Assembly: GCA_964291405.2 (NCBI GenBank) | Contig: OZ219926.1 | Coordinates: 416,001-480,000 of the forward strand | Reading direction: 5' to 3' | DNA: 64,000 nucleotides | Source: Thermodesulfobacteriota bacterium | GTDB lineage: Bacteria; Desulfobacterota; Binatia; Bin18 | Part shown: piece by piece, positions 62,587 through 64,000 of the stretch | How the letters are laid out: each line of letters begins with the position of its first letter | How positions within the stretch are numbered: the stretch's first letter is position 1 | Notes under the pieces: generated by a model | The model's database searches: none | The model's input: only the letters and a program-made list of their open reading frames with translations | Told to the model about the DNA's origin: nothing | Position numbers and translations under genes: made by a program

Positions 62587-63069
62587 TCACACGCTCCTCT
62601 CTCCAGAACCGGCGAGTCTGACAATCGCCTTGAGTAAACTATCCAGCGAATCGGCGTCAATCAGGCGATGTTCGTTTCCGGTCCGAATTAAAGCAGAATC
62701 GGGCAGGCCGCTCTGGCGGACCAGTTCAGCACTGTGAGCAAAAGGAACGGCTTCATCAGCCTCGGCGTGGAGGATAAGGGTATTCGGCTTGACAGTTGTC
62801 GCCCTGCCCCAGCGTTTCCATGCCGGGCAGAGCAGCACGAGCGGCGTCTCCCCGCTGTCGATATTGATCGCGACCGCGCCACCCCGGCTGGAACCCACAA
62901 CCACATCGGGCTGCTGACGGTCAAACTCGGCCTGAGCAATACGCACACAGGCGTCAAAGTCGTCATTCGGCAGAAGAGGATTACAGACCTCAAAGCCATT
63001 GGCCTTGAGGAACGTCGGCTTGGTCCCTCCAGGGGTTGCGCCAAAGCCGTGCAGGAAGAGGATTTTCAT
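62587..63069 (-). CDS. Small alpha/beta hydrolase (YqiA-like)
   Basis: FLHG, GSSRGG, D..VP and HRL. Confidence 0.8.
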   Translation of the reverse strand: MKILFLHGFGATPGGTKPTFLKANGFEVCNPLLPNDDFDACVRIAQAEFDRQQPDVVVGSSRGGAVAINIDSGETPLVLLCPAWKRWGRATTVKPNTLILHAEADEAVPFAHSAELVRQSGLPDSALIRTGNEHRLIDADSLDSLLKAIVRLAGSGERSV

Positions 63070-63156
63070 TGCTTGGCACCTGCTCCGTGGGAATCGTGCC
63101 GAACGGAACAGAAAAAACGGGGCAGGAGCGCTCTCCCCTACCCCGCAATAACGTGT

Positions 63157-64000
63157 CTAAAACACGGCAATGGGATTCACCGGCGAAGCCGTCCCCTTGA
63201 CCAGCACCAACGGCGCCACCGTCAGCATGAACGTCCAGCGTGAGCGTGCGGCGCAGGCCGCGCTCAGGTCGTCCAATAGGCAGTTGTCAAGCAGATGTAT
63301 GCCCATGGCCACCAGGGTACACGAGTGGATGGGCATGATGAGATTGTCATAGCCACTCGGCACAACGTCACTCACCCCGTCACAGCCCAGCACGGCAACT
63401 TTCCGCTCGTGAATCCAGGGCAGGCAGGCCGCGCCCAGCCCGGCCAGGCCGTCCTGAAGCGCGTCCCAGTTACCCTGGGCTTTTTGGCGCACGTGGCGCC
63501 CGGTTCGCACAAAGAGTACATCGCCTTCTTCGACTTTGAAGTTTCCCGCCTGTTCCGCGGCTTCCAGGTCCGCCGGCGTAATCGCCTCGCCCGGTTCCAG
63601 ATAGTCGCGGTTCTTGAGCGGCGGGATATCGATCAACACCCCGCGCGACACAACGCCGTTTTTAATGGAATGGATCGCCCCGTTCAGCGCGCCCTGGGCG
63701 GTCACGTCAGAAGAGGGATAACCGTTATACATCTTATCGTTGTGAAACACGTGACACAGCGCATCGATATGCGTGTTGGCGACCCCATGCGGGGCGATGG
63801 CAAAATAGTCGGCGCTATACGGCAGGGGGACCAGACTCTCCTCACCCGGCGCGCCAGTCTTCATCATCAGATGCATGACCGGGGTCGGATTGTCCGGCCC
63901 GTGATGCGTCGCCAAGGGCAGAGATAATGACACCGAGTGTCCGTCTTGTACCTGGGCTGCTGCCTGCGCGCGTTTCTCAGACGTAATATAGTTGAGCGCG
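63157..64000 (-). CDS. Cyclase family metal hydrolase (kynurenine formamidase-like), 5' end outside the window
   Basis: HG..THIDALCH, SRGVLID, GD..FVRTG and GTASPVNPIA. The frame is open to the window edge. Confidence 0.88.
   Translation of the reverse strand, partial: ALNYITSEKRAQAAAQVQDGHSVSLSLPLATHHGPDNPTPVMHLMMKTGAPGEESLVPLPYSADYFAIAPHGVANTHIDALCHVFHNDKMYNGYPSSDVTAQGALNGAIHSIKNGVVSRGVLIDIPPLKNRDYLEPGEAITPADLEAAEQAGNFKVEEGDVLFVRTGRHVRQKAQGNWDALQDGLAGLGAACLPWIHERKVAVLGCDGVSDVVPSGYDNLIMPIHSCTLVAMGIHLLDNCLLDDLSAACAARSRWTFMLTVAPLVLVKGTASPVNPIAVF

Overview
Gene-dense, roughly 60% GC bacterial chromosome segment dominated by catabolic enzymes. It holds a benzoyl-CoA epoxidation cluster (enoyl-CoA hydratase, boxC, boxB, benzoate-CoA ligase) divergent from a PaaX-family regulator, with no boxA or boxR. 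It also carries PxpABC convergent with a caprolactamase-like CapB/CapA pair, an extradiol dioxygenase, a flavin monooxygenase, amidases, SDRs, LLM oxidoreductases and amidohydrolases. Other genes include glnS, a CdaA-YbbR fusion, a Gld-type ABC system, a STAND adenylate cyclase, two toxin-antitoxin pairs, a eukaryote-type cyclophilin and broken restriction-modification genes. Three genes are interrupted by short insertions (13, 25 and 80 bp) that each start with an imperfect inverted copy of the adjacent sequence. These and several small indels may be long-read or amplification artefacts. REP-like palindromes and heptamer repeats often overlap stop codons. The gene content suggests Candidatus Binatia (Binatota) or a related lineage, which is an inference only. 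I saw no rRNA, tRNA, CRISPR array or intact transposase. All family calls come from motif recognition, not from database searches.
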